From assembly GCA_046497275.1 (NCBI GenBank), contig JAWOFX010000033.1, positions 6,233 through 38,232 of the forward strand: 32,000 nt of DNA, written 5' to 3'. Source of the DNA: Promethearchaeia archaeon (lineage in GTDB: Archaea; Asgardarchaeota; Lokiarchaeia; Sigyniarchaeales; SOKP01). Of the stretch, positions 1-9,313 are shown piece after piece; the first letter of the stretch is position 1; the number at the start of each line of letters is the position of its first letter. The position numbers were made by a program, and so were the translations under genes. Under the pieces are notes generated by a model. That model did no database searches and had not been told where the DNA came from. It saw only the letters and a program-made list of their open reading frames with translations.

Positions 1-59
1 AATTGAAAAGGGTTTCTAATTTAAAATAGGAAGAAATATTCTAAAATATAAGATATAGA

Positions 60-1361
60 ATGAAGTTAAAATTTGCACATATTTCCGACTGTCATCTCGG
101 GGCGTGGCGAAATGACCAATTAAATTATCTAGGCTATGAAGCTTTTGAAAAGGCAATTCAGAAATCTATAGAAGAGAGAGTTAATTTTGTAATTATTAGT
201 GGAGATTTGTATGATGTGAGTAATCCAAAAGTAGAAGTTATTGATTTTGCGACTAAAAATTTGTATAAATTAAAGGAGGAAGGTATTCCCGTATATGGTA
301 TCATGGGCTCTCATGATTTTAGTCCTTCAGATAAAAGCATGATTCGCCCTTTAATTTCTGCAAAACTATTTATAAATGTGTCTCAAGGTGAAAAATCAGA
401 TGATAATAAACTGAATTTATTTTTCACGGAAGATGAACAAACCGGAATTAAGCTAACAGGTATTAGAGCGAGGAAAAGAAGCCTAGAAAGGGATGATTTT
501 GAAAAATTAAATCGATTAGCATTAGAAAAAGAAAAATCTCCAAAAATTTTTGTGTTTCATACCATGTTAAGCGAGCTAAAACCCAAGGAATATAAAGATA
601 TGATAGATACACCATCCTCATATTTACCTAAAAACTTTATTTATTATGCTGGTGGCCACATCCACAAGACTTTACCAGAAAAATTGCGTGAAAAAAAACA
701 AATACAACTTGGGGAAAATAAAGTAGTATATCCTGGTTGTTTATCGCCAGTTAATTTCAAAGAGCTTGAAGAGTTTAATTTTGGAGGTTTTTGTATTGTT
801 TCGGGGAACATTAACGATGAAGATGAAAAATCTGATTTGATTGTAGAATATATACCTATTAAAACGAATGATGTGATTAGCCTCACATTTAATTGTGATA
901 ATAAATCAGTCCCCCAAGTAAAGAATATTACAAAAAAGAAATTGGATGATTTAGATATCCAAAATAAAATAATTACATTGCGCTTCGAAGGTGAATTATC
1001 CTCTGGAAAATCCTATGAAATTAATTCAGGTGAAATTATTCAAAGCTTGAAAAAAAGAGGAGCCTATGAAGTATTAATTAATAAAAATACGTTGAAATCT
1101 AAGGAATATTTGCCGATTAGAGTCCAAGTAGGAAAAACAAATGAAGAAATCGAAAATATACTAATTCACGAACACTCTCAAAAAATAAAAATTAAAAGCC
1201 TTTCATCAGATCTTATAGAAAATAAAATTCATAAAGTTTTAGAAATTCTGGGAAAAGAAAGAGCTGAAGGTGCTAAAGTAATGGAGTATGAAAATGAATT
1301 AATACAGAATTTTGAGGACATATTTGATATTAATAACGAAGAAGAAGGTGTTCAGATCTGA
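60..1361 (+). CDS. mre11: DNA double-strand break repair nuclease Mre11
   Basis: Calcineurin-like phosphoesterase motifs HISDCHLG, SGDLYD, GSHD, FHTM and GGHIH, plus YPG; lies directly upstream of rad50. Confidence 0.95.
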   Translation: MKLKFAHISDCHLGAWRNDQLNYLGYEAFEKAIQKSIEERVNFVIISGDLYDVSNPKVEVIDFATKNLYKLKEEGIPVYGIMGSHDFSPSDKSMIRPLISAKLFINVSQGEKSDDNKLNLFFTEDEQTGIKLTGIRARKRSLERDDFEKLNRLALEKEKSPKIFVFHTMLSELKPKEYKDMIDTPSSYLPKNFIYYAGGHIHKTLPEKLREKKQIQLGENKVVYPGCLSPVNFKELEEFNFGGFCIVSGNINDEDEKSDLIVEYIPIKTNDVISLTFNCDNKSVPQVKNITKKKLDDLDIQNKIITLRFEGELSSGKSYEINSGEIIQSLKKRGAYEVLINKNTLKSKEYLPIRVQVGKTNEEIENILIHEHSQKIKIKSLSSDLIENKIHKVLEILGKERAEGAKVMEYENELIQNFEDIFDINNEEEGVQI

Positions 1362-3454
1362 TAATAAATTCGATAAAAATACGAGATATTAGAAGTATAA
1401 AAAAATTAGACTTAGAATTCCCCTCATCAAGCATTCTCTTTTTTGGAGATATTGGAAGTGGTAAATCTTCCGTTCTTAAGGCAATAGAATTTGCATTATT
1501 TGGAATTTTAAATGCGGCGGATTTAAGCGGGACCTCACTTCTCAGAAGAGGAGAAAAAACAGGAAAAGTGGAATTGACTTTTTCAGTAAATGGAAAATCC
1601 TATACAATTGGTAGAAGTCTGAAAAAAAGAGTAGAGAGAAAAAATAGCGAAAAAAAAATATATGTATTTCAAGAAGATGGTTTCTTCATTGAGGATGGAA
1701 AAGAAACGCAATACTCTCCTAATGATTTAAGGAGAAAGGTACTCGAAATTCTTAATTATTCAATTACACGATATGAGAATGCACGTAAGATCCCTCTTTT
1801 CCGATATACTGTATACACTCCACAAGAAGAGATTAAGGAGATATTAAAGGCTGATCCTGAAGAAAGATTCGAAATATTAAAAGAAGTTTTTGATATAGAA
1901 AAATATGAAATCGCTCTTAAAAATGTTGATGTAATAAGAGGATTCTTACGTGATAAAATAAAAGAAATAGAAATTGTCATAAAACAAATAGGAGAACCAT
2001 CAAAAGAAATTCCAGAAACTAAGAAAAAAATATCGGAACATACAGATAAAATAAACAAAATAAAAAATCAAATCAAGATAAAAAATAAGGAAATATTATC
2101 TGAAGAGGAAAAGTTAGATGAATTACAAAAAGAACTCAGTAACTACTCCAATAAGTTAGTGGAAATTGATAATAAAGAAAATTTAATAAAAGAAACCACT
2201 AATAATCTTAATAAAAACGAAAATTCTCTAAAAAGTTTGAGATCCGAAATTAAAAATTTAGAAAATAAATTGCGTGAGTTACCAGAAATCGAAAAAACAA
2301 TTGAAAAGACTGAAAATGATTTTAAAGAGGAAATCAAATCCAAAAGACATATTATCTCTAAAAAAGAAAAAAAAGAAGCCGTAATTCGGGATAAAATCAA
2401 TAATATTAAATCCTTGTTGAAAGATGGAAAATGCTCATTATGCGGTCAAGAAATTCATGAAAAAGAACGATTCGAAAATGAATTAAAAAGTCATAATGAT
2501 ACATTGAAACAATATAATGATGATTTAAGCAATTTGAAAAATGATATTAATACACTCGAAGAAGATCTCAGAATAAAAACAGCGAATGATAAATTAATTG
2601 ACAAAAAGACCTCTCTTTCAGATTTAATTGAAGAAAAGGGTAAAAGAGAAAAAGATCTCACAGAATTAATAGACGAACAAAAGAAAAAGATTAAGCAAAA
2701 CAGAGAAGATATAAGAGATATAATAAATAAATATGAGATCCAAAATCTAGATGATTTTAGAGAGTATAAAGTAAAAATTACTGAAAAATTGCAAAAACAG
2801 AAAAACATAGTTAAGCAAAAAGACGATGAGAAGATACAAATAGAAAAAGCTCTAACTGCCGAAGAAAAAGTATTAGAGCAAAACAGAGAAGAACTAAAAA
2901 AACTGGAACAAGATTTAAAACGGAAAGATTCATTAACCCAAAGATTAGAATATCTTAATGATTTATATAGTTGGGTCTCTGATAAATTCCAAATATTACT
3001 CAGAGATATTGAACGAGAAATATTAGCATCGAGTGCTCACGAATTTAATGAATATTTCAAAGAATGGTTTAATATACTGGTTGAAAATGAAAGTATTGAT
3101 ATTGAAATACGACCAGATAATTTCGAGCCTTTAATAAATGTTAATGGCTATGAATCTCCATTTGAAGATCTTTCCGGTGGAGAAAAAAGTGCTCTTTCTT
3201 TAGCATATAGGCTTGCGTTAAATAAAATTATAAATAGCCGCCATCAAGAAGTGAAGACTAAAAATTTACTTATATTAGATGAACCTACTGACGGTTTTTC
3301 TCAGGAACAAATAAATAAAATGCAGGATGTTCTTGGTAACTTAGATACTGAACAAATGTTTATTATTTCTCATGATAGAAATTTGGATTCATTTGTTACT
3401 GATATTTTAAATTTCAAAAAAGAAAACCATAGAACTAAAGTTATTCAAGAATAA
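1358..3454 (+). CDS. rad50: DNA double-strand break repair ATPase Rad50 (about 698 aa; start extended upstream of the ORF-track call)
   Basis: The frame of ORF 1568..3454 stays open back to a TAA at 1334-1336. The extension encodes LIINSIKIRDIRSIKKLDLEF and Walker A GDIGSGKSS. The ORF also has a central zinc hook CSLCG, signature LSGGEKS, Walker B LLILDEPT and H-loop ISHD. The best start is CTG 1358, overlapping the mre11 TGA. The product call is firm; the exact start is less so. Confidence 0.93.
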   Translation: MIINSIKIRDIRSIKKLDLEFPSSSILFFGDIGSGKSSVLKAIEFALFGILNAADLSGTSLLRRGEKTGKVELTFSVNGKSYTIGRSLKKRVERKNSEKKIYVFQEDGFFIEDGKETQYSPNDLRRKVLEILNYSITRYENARKIPLFRYTVYTPQEEIKEILKADPEERFEILKEVFDIEKYEIALKNVDVIRGFLRDKIKEIEIVIKQIGEPSKEIPETKKKISEHTDKINKIKNQIKIKNKEILSEEEKLDELQKELSNYSNKLVEIDNKENLIKETTNNLNKNENSLKSLRSEIKNLENKLRELPEIEKTIEKTENDFKEEIKSKRHIISKKEKKEAVIRDKINNIKSLLKDGKCSLCGQEIHEKERFENELKSHNDTLKQYNDDLSNLKNDINTLEEDLRIKTANDKLIDKKTSLSDLIEEKGKREKDLTELIDEQKKKIKQNREDIRDIINKYEIQNLDDFREYKVKITEKLQKQKNIVKQKDDEKIQIEKALTAEEKVLEQNREELKKLEQDLKRKDSLTQRLEYLNDLYSWVSDKFQILLRDIEREILASSAHEFNEYFKEWFNILVENESIDIEIRPDNFEPLINVNGYESPFEDLSGGEKSALSLAYRLALNKIINSRHQEVKTKNLLILDEPTDGFSQEQINKMQDVLGNLDTEQMFIISHDRNLDSFVTDILNFKKENHRTKVIQE

Positions 3455-3578
3455 ATTATTCTTTAATGATCTTCTCATTTATACTGAAAAGATTTACTCA
3501 CAAAAACCACAAAATATTAATTTTATAGTTCATTCTATGATTTAATTAAATTTTATCCTCTTTATCGGTGTTAGATAC

Positions 3579-4184
3579 TTGTTCAAATTAATTACTCTGG
3601 AGGCAAAAGTAGAAATCCCTCCATTTCTATTTAGTCAACCAAAAGAAATTAGTGCTCGATTAATTCTGAGTGAAGATTATGAAGGAATAATTACCAAACA
3701 GTATGGATTTATAATCGCTGTTGTTGATGTACTTTCAGTATCAACTGGACAAATTATCCCAGGTAATGCTAATACTTTTCATGAAGTTGAATTTACTATA
3801 TTAAGCTTTCGTCCAACAGTGTCTGAAGTTGTAGAGGGAGAAGTCGTTGAAATTGTTGATTTTGGTGCTTTTATTCGATTGGGTCCTTTAGATGGTCTCG
3901 TTCATGTCTCGCAGGTTACGGACGACTATATTTCCTATGAACAAGTAGGAAATAGATTTATCGGAAAAGAAACTGGAAAAATTCTTGAAGTTGGAAATAC
4001 TATAAGATCGAAAGTTATCGCAGTTTCTTTAGGTGGAGGTAGAAGTGGGAAATTAGGACTTTCAATGAGGTCACCATATCTTGGAAAAATTGAATGGATA
4101 GAAGAAGATATTGAAAATTATTTTTCAGAAAAGAAAACAGAAGAAGCAAAGAAAGAAATTAAGGAAGAAGAAATTGTACCTTGA
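3579..4184 (+). CDS. rpoE1: DNA-directed RNA polymerase subunit E' (Rpo7)
   Basis: EVVEGEVVEIVDFGAFIRLGPLDGLVHVSQ S1 domain; KIGLSMR-like GKLGLSMRSPYLGK; TTG start. Confidence 0.95.
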   Translation: MFKLITLEAKVEIPPFLFSQPKEISARLILSEDYEGIITKQYGFIIAVVDVLSVSTGQIIPGNANTFHEVEFTILSFRPTVSEVVEGEVVEIVDFGAFIRLGPLDGLVHVSQVTDDYISYEQVGNRFIGKETGKILEVGNTIRSKVIAVSLGGGRSGKLGLSMRSPYLGKIEWIEEDIENYFSEKKTEEAKKEIKEEEIVP

Positions 4185-4235
4185 TTGAAAATCTCCTATA
4201 TTATTAAAATAATTATTTTTAATGAGGTTCATATT

Positions 4236-4424
4236 ATGAAAGAAAAGGCATGTAAAAATTGTCATTTAATCACTAAAAATGAGCAAATTTGTCCTAAATG
4301 TAAAACTCATACTCTTAGTGAGGATTACACTGGAGAAGTTATTATTATTAAACCAGAAGGGTCCAAAATTGCGGAATATCTTAAAATCCATATTCCTGGT
4401 AAATATGCTCTAAGAGTGAGATAA
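4236..4424 (+). CDS. spt4: Transcription elongation factor Spt4 (RpoE'')
   Basis: KACKNC and CPKC zinc ribbon, C-terminal PGKYALRVR. ATG 4236 follows a GAGGT SD-like site, so the 17 upstream codons in the ORF track are probably not translated. Confidence 0.93.
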   Translation: MKEKACKNCHLITKNEQICPKCKTHTLSEDYTGEVIIIKPEGSKIAEYLKIHIPGKYALRVR

Positions 4425-4491
4425 TTTTTTTGAAATTATGAATTTCTTTTTGTTTTATTAATTTTTATAGATTGAATTATTTATTTAAGAT

Positions 4492-5082
4492 ATGACTGAT
4501 AAATTAAAAATCCCTGACGATAAAAGGCATTTGTTTTCTCAACCGCTTGGTGAATTGATTTCAGGTTCTCGAGAGAAAACGATTCCAATGGTAGAAAGCA
4601 AAATTCAAAAGCTCGAGACTGAAGGAGAAAAATTTTTCTTTTATATTGTGGGAGATATTGTTGCCCAAGATTTTTTAGCAAATAACCTTCTCAGAACGCA
4701 TATTAAATTATGTGTTATTGATGAAAAGACTCAACGAAAAAAAATTAATGTGTCTAATATAGAATTTTTTGAAGAGGTCTTAACTTTAAAAAATCCAAAA
4801 GGAACGATTTCAGAAAAAAGCTGGGATATTTTGGAAAAAATAATTTTCTCCGATAAACGAACTTTATTAAAAATTACAGATGGAGAAGAAGATTTATTAG
4901 TACTTCCCCTAATATCTTTGCTCCCTCTAAATAATGAGAGAATTGATTTTGTATTTTATGGACAACCTCCAATTACTGATTCGAAACAAAATATTCCTGA
5001 AGGTATCGTTATGGTTCAAGTGAATAAAAAAGTTAAGAATACTGTCAATCAATTTCTTAAATTTATGGATAAAATAAAATAG
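4492..5082 (+). CDS. DUF359 family protein, archaeal GTP-dependent dephospho-CoA kinase
   Basis: VGDIV, CVIDEKTQR, NPKGTIS, DGEEDLLVLP and YGQP motifs; conserved position after spt4. Confidence 0.88.
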   Translation: MTDKLKIPDDKRHLFSQPLGELISGSREKTIPMVESKIQKLETEGEKFFFYIVGDIVAQDFLANNLLRTHIKLCVIDEKTQRKKINVSNIEFFEEVLTLKNPKGTISEKSWDILEKIIFSDKRTLLKITDGEEDLLVLPLISLLPLNNERIDFVFYGQPPITDSKQNIPEGIVMVQVNKKVKNTVNQFLKFMDKIK

Positions 5083-5084
5083 AA

Positions 5085-5312
5085 TTACAATTCATCATTT
5101 TTACTATTTTCATTATTAGTTTTATTATAAATCATTAAAGTAATCACTATTGCTATAATCCATACAATTAGACTTATAATAAAAAGGATGTAGTAAGGTC
5201 CTACTAGTATCGGTTTTAACCATAGAAAGACCACATATAACCCAAAAAATATCAAAATTTCTAATATGATCATGATCCTAGCTATGCGGTTAAATTTTTG
5301 GGGCTCAGACAT
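5085..5312 (-). CDS. Small hypothetical membrane protein (two predicted TM helices, 75 aa)
   Basis: Two hydrophobic stretches (IMIILEILIFFGLYVVFLWL and YYILFIISLIVWIIAIVITLMIY) in a gap between known genes. ATG 5312 preferred because of an AAGG SD-like site; the ORF track starts at 5333. Confidence 0.6.
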   Translation of the reverse strand: MSEPQKFNRIARIMIILEILIFFGLYVVFLWLKPILVGPYYILFIISLIVWIIAIVITLMIYNKTNNENSKNDEL

Positions 5313-5425
5313 CCTTCTATACCTTAAAATCAAAAATTTTATTTGGTATCTAATTATTACTTTATATAACGTATAATCATCTTTAAATTAAGAGATTCGG
5401 AAAACTAATTAAAAAAAGAATCAAC

Positions 5426-5779
5426 ATGACATTCGAAATAGAAATTCTTGAAGAGAAAAAAAACCCATTAGTCGATCGAACTGAAATCAAATTTAGAATC
5501 GACCATTTCGGCGAGGCTGTCCCAAATCGACTTGAAATTAAGAAAAAGATTTCCGCAATGCAGAGTGCTGATGAAAAATACACAATTATTAGAAAAATCA
5601 AATCCCATTTCGGAGGCTCTTACTCCATGGGAACAGCAATGATATATGAAGATGCTGAGGATCTTAAATATTTCGAACCATTTCATATCCAAGTGAGAAA
5701 TTTACCTCAAGAAACTCGATCAGAAATCTATAAATTAAAAAGAAAAGGAGAACCATATCAAGAATTATTTGATTATTAA
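5426..5779 (+). CDS. rps24e: 30S ribosomal protein S24e
   Basis: EKKNPLVDRTEI, FGGSYSMGTAMIY motif; synteny with rps27ae and kae1. Confidence 0.93.
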   Translation: MTFEIEILEEKKNPLVDRTEIKFRIDHFGEAVPNRLEIKKKISAMQSADEKYTIIRKIKSHFGGSYSMGTAMIYEDAEDLKYFEPFHIQVRNLPQETRSEIYKLKRKGEPYQELFDY

Positions 5780-5802
5780 ATTTAAAAGGTGTAAAAAACA
5801 AC

Positions 5803-6018
5803 ATGACTGATGCTTCAAAATTCTATAAAATTGAAGGAGAAAAAGTTGTAAGAACACATCGCACATGTCCAAAATGTGGAACCGCCGTTTTTATGGGAGA
5901 TCACTACGACCGCTGGGTTTGTGGTAAATGTGGATATACTGTTTTCAAACGGAAAGGAAAGAAAACTACTCCTAGAACAAGAAGACGCTCTCCGAGAAAG
6001 CGTTCAAAATCAACATAA
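5803..6018 (+). CDS. rps27ae: 30S ribosomal protein S27ae (eS31), no ubiquitin fusion
   Basis: RTCPKCG, FMGDHYDRWVCGKCGYT zinc finger. Confidence 0.95.
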   Translation: MTDASKFYKIEGEKVVRTHRTCPKCGTAVFMGDHYDRWVCGKCGYTVFKRKGKKTTPRTRRRSPRKRSKST

Positions 6019-6145
6019 TTTTGTTTCAAATATTAATTCTATTTGGTTTTTGCAGCTTTTTCTATTATATTATTATTTAATCATAATTTTTATTACAAAT
6101 ATCAAAATCAATAATATTTTAAACCTAAAATAATAGAATTTAAGC

Positions 6146-7150
6146 ATGACTAAAATTGCTCTTGGCATAGAATCGACTGCTCATACCTTTGGAGTTGGTA
6201 TTATAGATTTTAAAGGTAAAACCCATAGTATAGTAAATGATATTTATACGCCCGAAACTGGTGGTTTGCATCCTGCAATGGTAAAGGAGCAGCATTTAAC
6301 TAATTTTCAAGATGTTATTGCTAAAGCTCTTCATGAGGCAAATATTTCCATCAAAGATATTGATTTAATAGCTTTTAGTCAAAGTCCGGGACTTGGACCG
6401 GTTTTAAAAGTGGGTGCATTAATATCACGCTTATTAACCCAAACTCTCAATATTCCCATTGTGGGTGTAAATCATTGTGTTGCTCATATTGAGATTGGAC
6501 GACTTATGTGTCGGATAGACGATCCACTCACATTATATGTATCAGGTGGAAACACCATCGTGAGCGCTTTTGAATCCTCTAGATATCAAATTTTTGGAGA
6601 GACTCTTGATTTAGCGATTGGAAATATGATCGATTCCTTTGCAAGAGAAGTAGGACTTTCCCATCCTGGTGGACCAAAAATAGAAAAATTAGCGCAAAAA
6701 TCGAATAATTATCTAAAATTGCCTTATGTTGTGAAAGGAATGGATCTCTCATTTTCTGGTTTATTTACCGCTGCAAAAAAACTGATTGAATCAGCAGATT
6801 ATGAAACAAAATATAATCTAAATGATATTGCAAATTCTCTACAAGAAACAGCTTTCGCAATGCTCACAGAAGTAACTGAAAGAGCCTTGGCTCATACTGA
6901 GAAAAAAGAGGTTCTTTTAACGGGGGGAGTTGCAGCTAATAAGAGATTACAAGAAATGATTCATTATATTAGTAAAGAACATGAAGCTCGTTTTGAAGCA
7001 GTTCCCCTACGATATGCTGGAGATAATGGAGCAATGATCGCCTGGACCGGAATTTTAAAATACAAATCCCAAGGGAGTGATGCAATTGAGGAAACTATTA
7101 TTATGCCTAAAGAGAGAATGGATCAAATACCCATACCATGGAGGAAATAG
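6146..7150 (+). CDS. kae1: tRNA N6-threonylcarbamoyladenosine synthase Kae1 (KEOPS)
   Basis: LGIESTAHT, GPGLG-like SPGLGP, VNHCVAHIE, LYVSGGNT, GETLD, GGVAAN and DNGAMIA. Confidence 0.97.
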   Translation: MTKIALGIESTAHTFGVGIIDFKGKTHSIVNDIYTPETGGLHPAMVKEQHLTNFQDVIAKALHEANISIKDIDLIAFSQSPGLGPVLKVGALISRLLTQTLNIPIVGVNHCVAHIEIGRLMCRIDDPLTLYVSGGNTIVSAFESSRYQIFGETLDLAIGNMIDSFAREVGLSHPGGPKIEKLAQKSNNYLKLPYVVKGMDLSFSGLFTAAKKLIESADYETKYNLNDIANSLQETAFAMLTEVTERALAHTEKKEVLLTGGVAANKRLQEMIHYISKEHEARFEAVPLRYAGDNGAMIAWTGILKYKSQGSDAIEETIIMPKERMDQIPIPWRK

Positions 7151-7153
7151 GAC

Positions 7154-7828
7154 TTGAATTATCTTTATAAAAAAGAAGAGATCATAAAGAAAGGAGCAGA
7201 AGCTAATCTATATTTAGGAACTTGGTTCGGAAACGAAGTTATATTCAAATGTAGGATCCCCAAAAACTATAGAATAAAAGAATTAGATCAAGATCTGCGT
7301 TCCTTTAGGACCATTAATGAGGCCCGTGCCCTAATTCGGGCAAAGGAACACGGAATAAACGTACCCCAAATTTATGAAATTGATACTTTGAATACTACAA
7401 TTATAATGGGGTATATTCGAGGACAAAAATTAAAAGATATTATCAAAAACTTAAATCAAAATGAGAAAGAACATATATTTGAAACGATTGGTCAATATAT
7501 TGCTAAATTACATCAAAATGGACAAATTCATGGTGATATAACTACTAGTAATATCATTTTAACTTCTAACGAGAAAGTTTTTTTGATAGATTTTGGCCTC
7601 CATGAATATTCTGATTCTATTGAAGATAAAAGTGTTGATCTACATTTATTTAAAAGAGTTTTAATGTCATCTCATGGAGAAGATTATGAATTCTGTTTCA
7701 AATGCTTCCTTAATGGTTATAGAAGTGCGTATCTCAATGATTCTAAAAAGCTTTGTCAATTAATAATAAATAATATAAAAAATATTGAAACTCGCGGTCG
7801 TTATATCAAGAAAGAAGACAGAGCTTAG
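7154..7828 (+). CDS. bud32: KEOPS kinase/ATPase Bud32
   Basis: KGAEA, K-x-R-x-PK-x-YR, HGDITTSN, IDFGL and EDKSVDLHL; 3 nt after kae1; TTG start. Confidence 0.95.
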   Translation: MNYLYKKEEIIKKGAEANLYLGTWFGNEVIFKCRIPKNYRIKELDQDLRSFRTINEARALIRAKEHGINVPQIYEIDTLNTTIIMGYIRGQKLKDIIKNLNQNEKEHIFETIGQYIAKLHQNGQIHGDITTSNIILTSNEKVFLIDFGLHEYSDSIEDKSVDLHLFKRVLMSSHGEDYEFCFKCFLNGYRSAYLNDSKKLCQLIINNIKNIETRGRYIKKEDRA

Positions 7829-8156
7829 TAAGATTCATAAATCAATTACATCGGGAATACACTATTCAAAAAGATCATTAGATTTAACTAAAAATATTAC
7901 TCTCTTTAATGGCTAAAATTTGTTCATTAATATTAAAGATATGTATATGCAATGTTCAAGATCTCTATGATGATTTGGACAACTATATAAAAAGAAATCG
8001 GAGAACGAAATTTTTATATACTACTTTAACTTAAAATAATATATATTTCGGATAAATGAAATTGACTAAGGGTATTAATTGAATACATAAATCTAATTCA
8101 CTTTAGATCATATTTCGAGTTTCCTTTTGAAAACTTTAAATTCGAGGACATTTTTT

Positions 8157-8384
8157 ATGACCAAAAAGGATAAGTATAAAGCAAAAAAATCTCCCATGCA
8201 AAATATAACCATTAATATCCCTGAGTGTTATGATAAAAATATTCAAAAATTAATTGAGATGGGATTAGCCTCAAGTAGATCTGAAGCGATTAGAACCGCT
8301 ATACGTGAATTTTTACAAAAAGAATATAGTTTAAATTTAGAACTATTAGATTTTTTTAGCGACGAACCTGAAGAAGAGAAATAA
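8157..8384 (+). CDS. Ribbon-helix-helix (CopG/Arc/MetJ-like) DNA-binding protein
   Basis: NITINIP beta strand followed by helices and SRSEAIRTAIREFL. ATG 8157 follows a GAGGA SD-like site. Confidence 0.8.
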   Translation: MTKKDKYKAKKSPMQNITINIPECYDKNIQKLIEMGLASSRSEAIRTAIREFLQKEYSLNLELLDFFSDEPEEEK

Positions 8385-8452
8385 AATTAGGAAATATTTT
8401 ATTTTTATAAAATTTCGTCTTTTTGTTATTCTTTCATTTATATAGATGGAAA

Positions 8453-8695
8453 CTATCTCCGTTTCCTTATTTTTCGTGCTTCTCGCTCCACTTCCCTGAG
8501 AAGAACAACATCATCTTCTCGAACAGGACCTTTGACATTTCTTGTTAAAATTCTATTTTTGTCTTTTCCCTCCAAGATTCTAACCTTTATTTGATTAATC
8601 TCACCTGTCAAACCAGTTCTCCCGACGACTTGGATTACTTGAGCTGGAATAGAGGCATCCTCTTCATATTCTTTCACATCTTTACCTGATGACAT
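8453..8695 (-). CDS. rps28e: 30S ribosomal protein S28e
   Basis: [35 protein letters not shown]. Confidence 0.96.
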   Translation of the reverse strand: MSSGKDVKEYEEDASIPAQVIQVVGRTGLTGEINQIKVRILEGKDKNRILTRNVKGPVREDDVVLLREVEREARKIRKRR

Positions 8696-8720
8696 AATTG
8701 TCCACGTAGAGTTTAATAAA

Positions 8721-9086
8721 TTATTTTAAATTCTTAAGTTTATTAATCAAATCTGTTAATACTTTCTCTTCAGAACCTGCATCTTCAATCGCAACTGAGG
8801 AGGAACTAACATTAATTCTCACAGCATTCCCTAAATCTTGTTGACTAGACACATATCCATAGGGTATCCCTTTCTCATCACAGAGAATCGGAATATGGAA
8901 TAAGATTTCGGGGGGAGTCACATCTTCGGACATTATGACTAATTTAGCTGTCCCTCTTTCAATAGATTTAGTTGTTTCGTTCATTCCTTTTCTAATTTTT
9001 GAATCTTTTGCTTGTGCGATCTGATTTAAACCGCTTTTTATTTGATCCTGTAATTTTTCTGGAGTCTTAAATTTTACATAACTCAT
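8721..9086 (-). CDS. rpl7ae: 50S ribosomal protein L7Ae (K-turn binding protein)
   Basis: [46 protein letters not shown]. Confidence 0.96.
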   Translation of the reverse strand: MSYVKFKTPEKLQDQIKSGLNQIAQAKDSKIRKGMNETTKSIERGTAKLVIMSEDVTPPEILFHIPILCDEKGIPYGYVSSQQDLGNAVRINVSSSSVAIEDAGSEEKVLTDLINKLKNLK

Positions 9087-9313
9087 TTCTTTATTTTCAT
9101 CTCATTCAAATATTTATAAAATATTCTCATTAATCATTGAGTATAGATAGAAATGTTAATGAGTTATAATAAATAAAATTTTTCACTCCTCTTAATCTGC
9201 GTGTTCTAATTAGCATAAAAGTAATTATTTAGATTTTTTTTGAGAACTTTTTTTCTCTTCAGCTTATTTTTGCAGACTTAAAAGAATATATATTATCTTT
9301 TTTTAGAAATGAT

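Noticed and set aside
644-2808. Minus-strand ORFs 644..886, 1756..2058, 2143..2400 and 2491..2808
   Set aside because: Antisense shadows of mre11 and rad50; the F/L/S/I-rich composition mirrors Lys/Glu codons and there are no motifs.
4481-6133. ORFs 4481..4681, 5383..5601, 5468..5692 and 5876..6133
   Set aside because: They overlap confidently identified genes in other frames or strands and have no recognisable features.
7967-7973. Perfect box C (ATGATGA) suggesting a C/D sRNA
   Set aside because: No CTGA box D within the expected distance downstream and no terminal stem.
7909-8034. 41-codon ORF (MAKICSLILKICICNVQD...) in the bud32-RHH gap
   Set aside because: Short, in AT-rich DNA, with no convincing motif or SD site.
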